A model generated the notes under the pieces. It was not told where the DNA came from, did not search any database, and saw nothing but the letters and a program-made list of their open reading frames with translations. Shown here one piece after another: positions 1 to 10,614 of a stretch of 64,000 nucleotides of DNA. Positions within the stretch are counted from its first letter, which is position 1. The number at the start of each line of letters is the position of its first letter. Source of the DNA: a virus; IMG/VR virus record IMGVR_UViG_3300008117_004020, positions 54,148-118,147 of that record; one strand, given 5' to 3'. The position numbers were made by a program, and so were the translations under genes.

Positions 1-119
1 AGCGTGAAGAAATCAAAGACTTTGTAAAAAGAATGGCAGTAAACGCAGATAGCTTTGATTATCAGCAGTTTATAAAGACAGAATCTGGTATTGAAATTGT
101 AAGAGATATTGTACAATAA
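1..119 (+). CDS. 3' end of a hypothetical protein, truncated by the window edge
   Basis: Open frame from position 3 (REEIKDFVKRMAVNADSFDYQQF...IVQ) ends in TAA 117-119, overlapping the polymerase ATG (TAATG coupling). Confidence 0.75.
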   Translation, partial: REEIKDFVKRMAVNADSFDYQQFIKTESGIEIVRDIVQ

Positions 120-2050
120 TGAATCATTGGGTAATGGACTATGAGACAATGTCAAGTTGTTTCATAGCAGTATTTGAACATTATAAAGATAAGACTAGGA
201 AGGTCTTTGCTGTAAATCATCTTACAGCACGCTCTCAATTTGATGACTATGTAGTATTTCTACAAAGTAACATTGAGAAAGACGAGTGGCACATCTCCTT
301 TAATGGTCTTGCATTTGATGCTCAAATAACCCAGTATATCTTAAAGAATTATGAGTCTTGGAAATATTCCACTAATGATGAAATAGCCAGACTCATATAT
401 GCTTATGCTCAATACATCATCTCAGGTCAAGAAGAAAGAAGACTGGACTATAATGAACGAGATCTTTACATTAGACAGATTGATTTATTCAAACTAAATC
501 ACTGGGACAATGCTGCTAAAAGATCTGGTTTGAAATGGATACAGTATTCCATGGACTGGGATAATGTTGAGGATATGCCTATACATCACTCATATGAGAT
601 TAAGACAGTGGCTGAGCTAGAAACTGTAATTAAATATTGTATTAATGATGTGCAGTCTACCAAAAAGATATATGAAGCTAGCACTGAACAAATAGCTCTT
701 AGGAAATCTCTATCTGAAGAATATGACATCAACTTATATTCAGCATCAGAGACTAAGATTGCTAGAGAACTATTTGCACATTTTCTAGCCAAGGATTTGA
801 AAATACCTAAATATGAACTTAAAAAGCTTAGAACAGAACGTGCATACATCAATCTTAAGGATTGTATCCTGGACTATATAAGTTTTGAAAGTAAGGAGTT
901 TAAAGATTTGCTGGAGTTCTTTAAAGGCAAGGTGGTCAAAGAAACCAAGGGAGCGCTAAACCACAAAATCACATATAAAGGATTAGACCTTTATTATGGC
1001 TTGGGTGGTATACATGGTGCTGTAGATTCTGGTATCTATAAGGCAGAAGAAGGATATACTATCATGACATCAGATGTCGCTAGCTACTATCCTAATTTAG
1101 CTATTAGAAACAAGTTTTCCCCAGGTCACTTAAACAAAGAAGCATTTTGCAATTTGTATGAGTGGTTCTTCAATGAAAGAAAGAAGATTCCAAAGACTGA
1201 TCCTAAAAACTATGTTTATAAGATCATTTTGAATTCCACTTATGGTCTTTCTAATGATGAGAACAGCTTCCTTTATGATCCTCAGCTTACTATGAGCATC
1301 ACCATCAATGGTCAGCTATTGTTATCAAAGCTGCTAGAAATGGTGACACTAGGTATACCTGGAGCTCTTCCCATCATGATCAATACAGATGGTTTAGAGG
1401 TGATGATTCCTAATTGTTACAAGAATGAATATCTTAAGATATGTGAACAATGGGAAAAGATGACCAAGCTGTCTCTAGAGCATGATGAATATAGCAACGT
1501 GATTGTTGGCGATGTAAACAATTATATTGCCATATATCAAAATCCAGCTAAAACTCCTAAATGTAAAGGTAGATTTGAATGGGAAGACTTACAAAAGAAG
1601 AAGGTTAGTATTCTTCACAAGAATAAAAGCTTCCTCATCATCCCTAAAGCCATCTATCATTATTTTATTAATGGGACAAAACCAGAAAACTTCCTCAAGA
1701 CAAACAGAGACATCTTTGACTATTGTGGAGGCATTAAGGTGAAGTCTGATTGGCAACTGTTAAACATCTACATTAAAGAGGGTGAAATTATAGAAGAACC
1801 CATGCAAAAGATATGTAGATATTATATCAGCAAATCAGGCACAAAACTTGTCAAGCGTAATAAAAAGGATGGTAGGGAGATTCAAATAGAATCTGGCAAG
1901 TGGTTACAGAGCATATATAATAAAAATTCAAATATGTCCTTTGAAGATATGGATATAGATGAAGAATATTATATTGAAAGAATTTATAAGGAGATTCATA
2001 ACATTGATAAGATAATTAAACGTAAATTTGAGCAACTAACATTATTTTAA
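119..2050 (+). CDS. polB: Family B DNA polymerase, crAss-like type
   Basis: Exonuclease motifs DYE, SFNGLAFD, YCINDV; polymerase motifs SDVASYYPN, KIILNSTYG, NTDG; C-terminal QLTLF. Confidence 0.95.
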   Translation: MNHWVMDYETMSSCFIAVFEHYKDKTRKVFAVNHLTARSQFDDYVVFLQSNIEKDEWHISFNGLAFDAQITQYILKNYESWKYSTNDEIARLIYAYAQYIISGQEERRLDYNERDLYIRQIDLFKLNHWDNAAKRSGLKWIQYSMDWDNVEDMPIHHSYEIKTVAELETVIKYCINDVQSTKKIYEASTEQIALRKSLSEEYDINLYSASETKIARELFAHFLAKDLKIPKYELKKLRTERAYINLKDCILDYISFESKEFKDLLEFFKGKVVKETKGALNHKITYKGLDLYYGLGGIHGAVDSGIYKAEEGYTIMTSDVASYYPNLAIRNKFSPGHLNKEAFCNLYEWFFNERKKIPKTDPKNYVYKIILNSTYGLSNDENSFLYDPQLTMSITINGQLLLSKLLEMVTLGIPGALPIMINTDGLEVMIPNCYKNEYLKICEQWEKMTKLSLEHDEYSNVIVGDVNNYIAIYQNPAKTPKCKGRFEWEDLQKKKVSILHKNKSFLIIPKAIYHYFINGTKPENFLKTNRDIFDYCGGIKVKSDWQLLNIYIKEGEIIEEPMQKICRYYISKSGTKLVKRNKKDGREIQIESGKWLQSIYNKNSNMSFEDMDIDEEYYIERIYKEIHNIDKIIKRKFEQLTLF

Positions 2051-2051
2051 A

Positions 2052-2927
2052 ATGACAGGTTTAAACGCAATGGAGAGGATGTTTTCAGCACCTCTCCCAG
2101 AAAAAACAGACAGCTATACACCAATAGCTCATGAAACTATAGACAAGATAACAAGAACAGCCCTCCAAGAGCAGGGCTTTGTGTTATCTAAAACATTTTA
2201 TAGAAGTTCTACAGATGGTAGATTAGGACAAGCTGAGTATCACATTAACTATGGAGATGATCCAGAAATGGGACTGATGATTGCTTGGCAGAATAGTTAC
2301 AACAAGCTTATATCATTTAAATACGCTATTGGAGCACACGTAATGGTGTGTTCTAATGGTGCTGTTTCAGGTGATATTGGAGCATATAAAAGAAAGCATA
2401 CAGGTACAGCTGATGAAGAGGCTGCATCACAAATCAAGTATTATTTACAGAATGCTAAGCAAATCTTTTTGAATTTAGTTAGAGACAGGGAGCATCTAAA
2501 GAAGATTGACTTATCTCCTGAAAGAATGGCTGAGATTATAGGTAGAATGTTTATTCATAAAGAGATTATTACATCTACGCAAATCAATATCATGAAGCGT
2601 GAAATGGAAACTCCATCATTTGATTATGGTGTACCAGTACATAACGCATGGTCATTGTATAATTTTGCAACACATGCTTTTAAAGAAGATAGTCCTAGAA
2701 ACTGGATTTCTAGACATATAGATTTACATAGCTTCTTTGGAGAAGAGTTTGGATTGGAAAGGTCTGAGGAATCACCTGAGCCTGTACAACCCACTTTGTT
2801 TCCTGAAGAAGCAACCCCTGAAGAAACCTCTCAACCACTTGAAGAAGTAATGGAAGAAGTCCCAGCTTTTTCATCCAATGAGGAGAGAGACTCTGACGAA
2901 TTAATTGATTTGTTAGAAGATTTTTAA
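2052..2927 (+). CDS. DUF932/DUF945-like protein with an acidic C-terminal tail
   Basis: YTPIAH, NSYN, GAHVMVCSNG, RKHTG and WSLYN..TH pattern typical of DUF932-like phage proteins; Glu/Pro-rich tail. Confidence 0.7.
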   Translation: MTGLNAMERMFSAPLPEKTDSYTPIAHETIDKITRTALQEQGFVLSKTFYRSSTDGRLGQAEYHINYGDDPEMGLMIAWQNSYNKLISFKYAIGAHVMVCSNGAVSGDIGAYKRKHTGTADEEAASQIKYYLQNAKQIFLNLVRDREHLKKIDLSPERMAEIIGRMFIHKEIITSTQINIMKREMETPSFDYGVPVHNAWSLYNFATHAFKEDSPRNWISRHIDLHSFFGEEFGLERSEESPEPVQPTLFPEEATPEETSQPLEEVMEEVPAFSSNEERDSDELIDLLEDF

Positions 2928-2934
2928 AACCAAC

Positions 2935-2976
2935 AGAAGAGGGGGGGAGACTACTAACCCCTCCCCCCTTCCTTCT
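2935..2976 (+). promoter_or_regulatory. GC-rich intergenic stem-loop without a U-tract (possible processing or stability element)
   Basis: GGGGGGAG-ACTACTAACCC-CTCCCCCC, a perfect 8-bp stem in an AT-rich genome, preceded by AAAACCAACA. Confidence 0.5.
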
Positions 2977-2999
2977 CTATTAAAACCCCACACCACAAT

Positions 3000-3623
3000 A
3001 TGATATTAGGAATTAATGGTTACTCTGGATCAGGAAAAGACACTATAGGAAAACTATTGCAGGATTTATATCCTGAAGAGAATTGGAAGATTAAAAAGTT
3101 TGCTGGTAAACTTAAAACTGTAGCAAGTTTGCTATCAGGAATACCACAGTCTAATTTTGAAGATCAAGACTTTAAAAAAACACTACTAGGAACAGAATGG
3201 TGGACTGCTTGTGATGAGGGATTACAACCTATGACTGTAAGAGATTTCTTGCAGAAACTAGGTACTGAAGGACTGAGAGTGGGACTGCATGAAAACACCT
3301 GGGTGAATGCTCTAATGGCTGATTATAAGCCAGAAACAATGTATGTAGTCAATCCTATAACAGGATCACTGGATGCAAAAGTGGACACTAAAATGCCTAA
3401 TTGGGTGATTACAGATGTAAGATTCCCTAATGAAGCACAGGCTATCAAAGAGAAAGGTGGATATGTGATTAGAATAGACAGACCAGGCGTCAAGCCCATC
3501 AATGATCATCCATCTGAAACCAGTCTTGACACATGGAAATTTGACTATAAAATTGCTAATGTATCAGATATAGTTTCATTAGCATTCACTTTAACGAATA
3601 TTATATCTAAAATTAAAGAATAA
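3000..3623 (+). CDS. Deoxynucleoside monophosphate kinase (T4 gp1-like)
   Basis: P-loop GINGYSGSGKDT, FAGKLK, RDFLQKLGTE, DVRFPNE, HPSE motifs. Confidence 0.9.
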   Translation: MILGINGYSGSGKDTIGKLLQDLYPEENWKIKKFAGKLKTVASLLSGIPQSNFEDQDFKKTLLGTEWWTACDEGLQPMTVRDFLQKLGTEGLRVGLHENTWVNALMADYKPETMYVVNPITGSLDAKVDTKMPNWVITDVRFPNEAQAIKEKGGYVIRIDRPGVKPINDHPSETSLDTWKFDYKIANVSDIVSLAFTLTNIISKIKE

Positions 3624-3892
3624 TGGAAGGACAATTAGTAAGAGTAACAGAGTTGTCACCTATTATTGTAAAAGTGTATAATCCTTTAAAACAAGAGCTG
3701 ATAGGTGTTTTTGAGAACTATTCTAAGGCTGCTAGAGCACTAGGGCTTACGCCTAAGATTGTATATAACAAAGCCACCTCAAAGAAAAGAGTGATGTCAC
3801 CCTATCTAGAAATTGAAGTGGCTATACGTATTACTAGAAAAAAACCAGAAGATAAGTTCTTTATGAGCGAGATCTTCAAAAGAATATTATAA
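3623..3892 (+). CDS. Small NUMOD1-like helix-turn-helix DNA-binding protein
   Basis: VYN..ELIGVFENYSKAARALG resembles NUMOD1; TAATG coupling with the upstream gene. Confidence 0.55.
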   Translation: MEGQLVRVTELSPIIVKVYNPLKQELIGVFENYSKAARALGLTPKIVYNKATSKKRVMSPYLEIEVAIRITRKKPEDKFFMSEIFKRIL

Positions 3893-3920
3893 TTACGCTG
3901 TGTTTTGTTAGTTAAGGTCA

Positions 3921-3958
3921 AAGGGGAGGATGTTTCTACATCTTCCCCTTATTTTTTT
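3921..3958 (+). terminator. Intrinsic terminator at the convergence of the replication and virion blocks
   Basis: AAGGGGAGGATGT-TTCT-ACATCTTCCCCTT 13-bp stem (one G.U) followed by ATTTTTTT. Confidence 0.85.
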
Positions 3959-6900
3959 ACTTAGCACGCTGCTGGTATTCAAATGACTGTATAGCATCAA
4001 CAGGATGGAATGTCTTTCCTGTATATCCTATAAATGTCTGAACAAGCATAGCTAATAGTTTTGAATCACCTCTTTCTTTAAACTCTGACTCACCTGAATC
4101 GCGTTTGTAATATAAGCTTTCAGTGTCTCCTCCAAATAGCCCTAATAGATGATCTATCATCAGTCCAGCCATTGACAAGAAGTTTGTATTGATGTTCAAA
4201 AGAATAGATGGGTTGGAGTAAATACGCTGAATCTCACCAAGACCTGCTTGTGGTAAAGGTATAAACTGTTCAGTCTCAGACCTCACCTTAAGCATAGTGT
4301 ACACCATATATTGAGTGAACCAGCTCTTGCGTCTCAATTCTTTAAGTCTACCCTTCTCATCATCATCATATCCAAACATAACACCATAAATAATATAAGT
4401 TAGCAACATAGCACCAAGGTCAGCAAATGTGCGCTTTATAGCTGCTCTCTCCATATCTGAATAATTCTCCCAATTCTTAACTACATTCAGACGCATCTTT
4501 ATAAGATCTTTTCCTGCTGTTTGTAAGAATGTAAGATAGAACCCTTGTTCTACACTCATGCCTTCATAATCAGCTCTTCTTATACCCCATCTGTTCATAC
4601 CAAGCTGCATAAAGTATTTTCTAAAGAAGAACATAGCTCTTCCAATAGATGACTTAGCCTGATATGCAGCATCAAACTTAGCATAAGAACCATTTATACG
4701 CTTTTGCATAGCATGCAGCTTGCTGACAACATCAGAAAACTGTTTACTATTTAAGTCAAAAGCATTCTTATATTGGTCTTTAACTTGTACCTTCTTGTCT
4801 TTCATCTCAAATATATCAATGAGATTGACATCCAACTTATCAAATTCTCTCAAAGCCTCTAGCTTCTTTTCTCTGATTTGTTTAAGAGTCATACCACTAA
4901 AATCAGTACCCACTTTCATAGTGACAAATGTCTCTCTATCATACATCTTGCCATTATAGAGTCTCACTGATTTCAAATATGCCAAGAAACTACTCATTTG
5001 AATCTCCCACTCACCCCACACTTTACCAGAATAAATACCCAGCTTTAAGATGTTCTTATAAGAGTTCCATGCTGTTTTATTACCAAACTCATTTTCAAAT
5101 TCACCCTGTATAGGATCAAATATTTCCATCATTTGTCCCCAGAAAGACAGCTCACCCACTTTATTAAAGTCAGCCATCATATCTTTCATAATGTGACCAT
5201 TCTTTGAGTCTAGATATAAGTCTTTCTTTGCTTGCATGAAATCCTTATAATTGATCACTCTACCTCCTGCAGCCTCCACCATATTCTGTACATTACCAGA
5301 TATCCAGTTCACTGACCAGTTTAAAGGTGACAAACCTAACAAAGTAAAACTTGTCAATCCCATCATCTGATTAAGCATTTTTTGAGTGTTAAATCCTAAT
5401 ACATCATATCCCTCAAAGTGCTCTTCATTATATAATACAGAGTTGATAAAACTCTTAAACACCTCTAAACGAATATTACTACCAAGATTTATCCTTTGCT
5501 CTACCTCTGGAAGATATTTCTTCATGACATTATTGAGCATCAGGTTTTTACTCTCACTCTTAGGTTGATTCTCTTGGTCTGACAAAATTTGTTCTAACCC
5601 ATTAATCAATGAAAGTTCTTTATCAAGTTCCTTCTTTCTAATAGTAGACCCTACATAGTTAAGAACAGATCCCCATACATCATATGATGCATCTGAAGCT
5701 TGTCCTTTTGAGGTGTATTTCACAGGAACATATTTCACCTCATCATTATCAATAGTGGCTAATTTAGCCATATCTCTAGAAACACCAGGATCACTTGCAA
5801 ACCCTGTATCAACATCAGACTCAGTTCTACTAAGACTTCTCTTAATACCCTGCCAAACACTCTTAACACTTTCTTTAGTTTCAGATACCTTAACACCTAA
5901 AGCTCTTTCTGTCTTGCTCTTCTCCATAAATGGAACAGCTAAACCAAGTCTATATCTAGGTTCAATATCTTGCTGAGCATCTAACATTTCTTTATGTATG
6001 AATAGCAGATTCTCATAATCCACCTTCTCATACTCATTAGCTGTATTATTGTTATACTTGTCCCTAAGTGATACAAAGTCTTTATTTAAATAAGGATGGT
6101 CAGTGCCATATTCTTTCCTATATTCTTCATTACTCTTAGGTTTATACCTATTTTGAATATCTCTATTATCTTTGTTAATAAGTTTAACCTCCTCACCCTT
6201 CTCATTAATATATGACTCTTTGAGTTTGCGAGAATAAAAATGCCTAGCTGGTTTCTCCTCAATATACTCCTCTAATGGGGCATTCCTAGTCCATATTGCT
6301 ATAGGTGTAAAAGAAGCAGATGTAAGAGACTCTCCGTGTTCAGTGTCAAACAAAGACCTCACCTCTTTATTATGATTCTCTAAAAACCATGCTGATTCTC
6401 TAAATTGATCATATAAAGTGTCATCACGCCTTAGTTCTTCATGTGATACATCTAGCTCTTTAGCAAATGCTATTTCCTGCCTATCAAGCTCTTCATAGTA
6501 ATACTTAGTGTATTCCATGTTACCCATAGCTTTAAGCTGTGCTTTGATTTCACCCGCTCTTTCCACTTTAGCTCTTAAATCTGGGTCACTGCTCAATCTT
6601 TCATCTCTAGCTGCATAAATACTATTCACTGTATATTTATCATAGTTCTCAGGCTCATTAGTCCTAAAGTAAAACTGTTGCTTGAGAGTTTGTTTTTCAG
6701 CATAAGTAAATCCATCAGGTGTATATTCTTCCACTTCATCCCTTAAAGATTCAATCTCTTGTTGTAAGTCTTTGATTCTCTGGATCTTATCTGAAGGCAC
6801 CTTACTACCAACTACAGCACCATCATTATCTCTGTATGGTTTAGTCAATGCATTTAGCTCCTTATAAAGTTCTGTTATCCTATCAGCATTAGGATTTTTT

Positions 6901-9900
6901 GATATCTCAGATAGTTCAGTGAACAAAGCAGCTCTTTCATCATAGTACCTTTGAGAAATCACCTGGCGGGTATTATTAGCCAGCCATCTTTTGTACATCT
7001 CACTGTCCTCACCATATGTTAGTTTCATCTTTGTCTTAGCTCTCTCAAACGCTGCTCTAAGTTCTACATCTTCATAGATGAGATTCTTGTTTTTCTGATA
7101 CTCTCTCAAAGCCTGAGCTATCTTTAAGTCATCTCCTGTCTTATCTGTACCATCTAGATTTTTTATTTCCATAAGAGAATAGTATTTCTCCCATAGCTCT
7201 TGTCTGGTTTTAAGATGATCTTCGCTAAGTTTACCCTCAGCAATAGCCTCATTATCATACATCATCTCTATACCTCTGATTTCCTCAAATATCTTGCTGG
7301 TAATTTCTCTTATACTAGTCTTTTTATTACCATACATCACTTCTGTATCCAACATTTTAGTAAGATCAAAGTAAGCTTTTGTATAGTCTGACTCAAAATA
7401 TTTACGCTCAAAGTCTTTAATTTCTTTTTTTACTCTTTTAACTTCATCTTCAGACACCTCATCAGCCTCAAATTTCTTGTTTGTTAAATATAATTTACGC
7501 TTGAGTTTATCATACTCATAGTATAAACTTTCATCAAACTCAGATTTAAACACCAGACCAAAACTCTCATCACCTGATGCTATATCCAGTCTTTTAGCCT
7601 CATAGACCAATGACTGATTGATTTCCTTAATATTAAGACCTCTACCATAAACTTTAGCACGTTTATTAAATTCAGGTGACAGTTTATCTCTAAAGTCTTT
7701 CATCTTTAATCTCACACCATCTAATACACGTTTTAATCTCTTAGCAACAGATGCTATAACAACATCTGGATTAGATATTGTAGGCAACCATTTGCTCAGA
7801 AACGCACCTGCATCACCCATGCCACCTGTCATAGTAGCTTTAATAACATCATAACTTGCTAGCTGATCTCTCTCCTTTGTAAGTTCTGCCACTCTTTTTT
7901 TATCTTTTCTTTGCTCAGCAGCCTTAATAAGCTCATTGTATTCTCTCTTCATATTATCTAATAAGTCTTTTGTAAACTCTTCAGATAATGTAGAAGCAAC
8001 GTGTGGGGTGATAGCTTTAATATAACTAGTTCTTATGTTCTCAATAGCACCCATCATTTGTGTAAGCCTGTCAACAAGAATATTATCTTCAGCTACAGTG
8101 GTACCTAAAGCATCCAACATTTCTTTAAATACATTCTCATAGCCTATTACAAAGTCCTTGATCTTTTCTAGCTCCTTAATCTTTTGAATAGCAGCCTGTT
8201 GTGTTGCAGGGGTTAACGCTTTGAGTCTATCAAACTCTTTAGATATAATATTAATAATAGGCCCAGCAGAATCAACCAGCTCAATAAAAGCTTTTTGTAT
8301 AGCCACCATATTACGCAAATCCCCATCTTCACCATAGTTTTCTAAGAATGTCTTAACAAGGCGTTCCATTTGTTCCACCTTGTTGACTTTATCCTCATCA
8401 GTTAATAAATCATATACATTCCTAACATCCTTGTTTTTCTTAAAATAAGCATAGATTTGATCCAACCTACCCTTCATTTTAGCAAACGCCTCTTTCATCC
8501 TAGGTTTACTAATATTCTCTAAAAGTTTAACCCTAGCATCTTCTTCTTTGGATGTCTCCTCTTTTCTGTTAGCATCCATACTCATATCAAGATCTGGGAA
8601 ATATCCATTTGCCAGCCTATCATTAAATGGTGTTGGAGCTGTCTGAAAAACACCAATCTTATTAATCTTATTGGTTGCAGGGTCAATCTTATATCCTACA
8701 CCAATAATAGTAGTGTCGCCCACCTTTACACCTTGAGACATCAATATCTTCTTATAAATTGACATCTGCTGACTATATTTTTCCCTAAGTCTTCTTCTAT
8801 TACCCACTAACTCAGGAAGAACACCTTCAGATTTTCTTACACCACCTGTTGATAACAAATCAATTACATAGTTAAATTCATCCTCTAGATTAGTAAACTT
8901 TTTAAACTCAGGTCTATCTTTTAAAAATTTAGTTTTAAAGTCTAATATGTGTGCTACACCATTCTTGTCAATAGCAATAACGTCAGCCACACCACCCACT
9001 TCTAAATTACCTATCTCAGTCTCAGTCATTAAAATATGACCCTCATCAATAAGTTTCCTAATAATCCCTCTAATTCCAGGTTCTCTTAATGTACCATTGA
9101 TAACTTTGTCTAGCGTAGACTTATCCATGAAAGTATAAATAATAGGGTCAAGATTGTCTAAATCAATCTCTCTATCCATTATAATATTCTCCACTATACT
9201 ATGTATAGCTGTACCAAAAAGAGTCTTCTTTTGATTTTCAGATGCAGAATATAACAACTCTGTTATCCTATCTCCTAATACTGTCTGAATATCTTCTTTC
9301 TCATATTCACCCTTAATGATTTTATCAATCAAATGCGCTGCAATCTTTTTAGCAATCACTTCATCTGAGTCTCCAATATCATACACATCAGAAAACTCAA
9401 TATCATAATTGCTCACCAATTGCAGTACAACATCTGGACTTTCAAGTTCACTATAAAAGTCAGAGCCAAGCAGTCTACTAGGAGATTTAAGTCTTATTGG
9501 TTCACCTGTGATAGGATCTAATACAGTGAGACTATTGTTATCTTCACGCTTGATTAAAGCTGATATAGCAATAATCTTATTTAACGTATCTTTTTGTGAA
9601 TCATTCATAGACTGAGCCTCATAGAATGACTTAGCCTCATCTGTAAGTTGGTTATAAACCTCACTAGATGTAAGGTTCATGTTAAGATTACTGATGTCCT
9701 CTGCCATAAACATCTCTTCTAAAATATCAATAGGGTCTCTTTTTAACTTAAGAGCTTTCACCCATGTCATGATTCTTTGTAAAAGAGCTCCCAGCCAAGA
9801 TTCTTTTGCTTTGATGTTACTAGCCAGCTTTTTAGCCAATGCTTCACGCTGTATCTTATCAAATCTAATCTTACCATCTGGGGTTCTATAGTTGGGATTG

Positions 9901-10601
9901 TCTTTATACTCTGCTAGTGTATCTTTATACACCTGAGTGTTCCTGATTTTATCCAGGGCCTCTCTTAATTCAGGCATATCTTGAGGCAACATATCTATGA
10001 AAAAGTGTAATGCTTCTTCAGGTAGAGCTTGCATCTCTTTACCTTCTTGTATTCTCACCATCCACTCTGCCATATCAGCTACACCATTAGAACCATACCT
10101 CTTCATTATATCATTAGACACCTCAATAGGTACACCTATTCTTCTTAAAAATGACCTAGCCACCTGTTCACCTGTCCTCTTATCTTTATTCATCTGAGAA
10201 GCTATATTATTCCAGCTATCTACACCTGCAGGATTAATAGCAACATAGTCTCCACTATATTGTAAAACAGCACCATATTGTGTTGAAATATCTCCTAGTC
10301 TTTTACCAAGGTCATCGATAGTCATATTAAGAGCATAATATGTCAACCCATCCCTCTGTTGTGATGAGTCATATATTAGCCCTCTTTCCATCAACATACC
10401 TTTAATCTTCTCCTCAGACAATGTAGGGAGTGATTCAAAAGACTTTAATAATCCTACATTAGTGATTAATTCTCTAGCTTCAGCCACAGACACAGGCATC
10501 TCATTACCCTTTCTTATAAAAGCTAACATAGCACGATCTTCTCCAAGTTTCTCAGATAGATTTTGCCATTCTCTAGATAGTTTATTAGGACACGCTAACA
10601 T
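3957..10601 (-). CDS. Giant virion cargo/ejection protein (2214 aa) with a degenerate zincin-like region and a PD-(D/E)xK nuclease-like domain
   Basis: Next to the vRNAP gene; EEALH in place of HExxH; GTAIH...E...GVADVIAIDKNG.AHILDFKT...YSQQMSIY pattern; hydrophobic C-terminal helices. Confidence 0.75.
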   Translation of the reverse strand: MLACPNKLSREWQNLSEKLGEDRAMLAFIRKGNEMPVSVAEARELITNVGLLKSFESLPTLSEEKIKGMLMERGLIYDSSQQRDGLTYYALNMTIDDLGKRLGDISTQYGAVLQYSGDYVAINPAGVDSWNNIASQMNKDKRTGEQVARSFLRRIGVPIEVSNDIMKRYGSNGVADMAEWMVRIQEGKEMQALPEEALHFFIDMLPQDMPELREALDKIRNTQVYKDTLAEYKDNPNYRTPDGKIRFDKIQREALAKKLASNIKAKESWLGALLQRIMTWVKALKLKRDPIDILEEMFMAEDISNLNMNLTSSEVYNQLTDEAKSFYEAQSMNDSQKDTLNKIIAISALIKREDNNSLTVLDPITGEPIRLKSPSRLLGSDFYSELESPDVVLQLVSNYDIEFSDVYDIGDSDEVIAKKIAAHLIDKIIKGEYEKEDIQTVLGDRITELLYSASENQKKTLFGTAIHSIVENIIMDREIDLDNLDPIIYTFMDKSTLDKVINGTLREPGIRGIIRKLIDEGHILMTETEIGNLEVGGVADVIAIDKNGVAHILDFKTKFLKDRPEFKKFTNLEDEFNYVIDLLSTGGVRKSEGVLPELVGNRRRLREKYSQQMSIYKKILMSQGVKVGDTTIIGVGYKIDPATNKINKIGVFQTAPTPFNDRLANGYFPDLDMSMDANRKEETSKEEDARVKLLENISKPRMKEAFAKMKGRLDQIYAYFKKNKDVRNVYDLLTDEDKVNKVEQMERLVKTFLENYGEDGDLRNMVAIQKAFIELVDSAGPIINIISKEFDRLKALTPATQQAAIQKIKELEKIKDFVIGYENVFKEMLDALGTTVAEDNILVDRLTQMMGAIENIRTSYIKAITPHVASTLSEEFTKDLLDNMKREYNELIKAAEQRKDKKRVAELTKERDQLASYDVIKATMTGGMGDAGAFLSKWLPTISNPDVVIASVAKRLKRVLDGVRLKMKDFRDKLSPEFNKRAKVYGRGLNIKEINQSLVYEAKRLDIASGDESFGLVFKSEFDESLYYEYDKLKRKLYLTNKKFEADEVSEDEVKRVKKEIKDFERKYFESDYTKAYFDLTKMLDTEVMYGNKKTSIREITSKIFEEIRGIEMMYDNEAIAEGKLSEDHLKTRQELWEKYYSLMEIKNLDGTDKTGDDLKIAQALREYQKNKNLIYEDVELRAAFERAKTKMKLTYGEDSEMYKRWLANNTRQVISQRYYDERAALFTELSEISKNPNADRITELYKELNALTKPYRDNDGAVVGSKVPSDKIQRIKDLQQEIESLRDEVEEYTPDGFTYAEKQTLKQQFYFRTNEPENYDKYTVNSIYAARDERLSSDPDLRAKVERAGEIKAQLKAMGNMEYTKYYYEELDRQEIAFAKELDVSHEELRRDDTLYDQFRESAWFLENHNKEVRSLFDTEHGESLTSASFTPIAIWTRNAPLEEYIEEKPARHFYSRKLKESYINEKGEEVKLINKDNRDIQNRYKPKSNEEYRKEYGTDHPYLNKDFVSLRDKYNNNTANEYEKVDYENLLFIHKEMLDAQQDIEPRYRLGLAVPFMEKSKTERALGVKVSETKESVKSVWQGIKRSLSRTESDVDTGFASDPGVSRDMAKLATIDNDEVKYVPVKYTSKGQASDASYDVWGSVLNYVGSTIRKKELDKELSLINGLEQILSDQENQPKSESKNLMLNNVMKKYLPEVEQRINLGSNIRLEVFKSFINSVLYNEEHFEGYDVLGFNTQKMLNQMMGLTSFTLLGLSPLNWSVNWISGNVQNMVEAAGGRVINYKDFMQAKKDLYLDSKNGHIMKDMMADFNKVGELSFWGQMMEIFDPIQGEFENEFGNKTAWNSYKNILKLGIYSGKVWGEWEIQMSSFLAYLKSVRLYNGKMYDRETFVTMKVGTDFSGMTLKQIREKKLEALREFDKLDVNLIDIFEMKDKKVQVKDQYKNAFDLNSKQFSDVVSKLHAMQKRINGSYAKFDAAYQAKSSIGRAMFFFRKYFMQLGMNRWGIRRADYEGMSVEQGFYLTFLQTAGKDLIKMRLNVVKNWENYSDMERAAIKRTFADLGAMLLTYIIYGVMFGYDDDEKGRLKELRRKSWFTQYMVYTMLKVRSETEQFIPLPQAGLGEIQRIYSNPSILLNINTNFLSMAGLMIDHLLGLFGGDTESLYYKRDSGESEFKERGDSKLLAMLVQTFIGYTGKTFHPVDAIQSFEYQQRAK

Positions 10602-10614
10602 ATTAATATTCAGT

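Noticed and set aside
3623-3892. Homing endonuclease
   Set aside because: Only a NUMOD1-like DNA-binding part is present, with no HNH or GIY-YIG catalytic motif.
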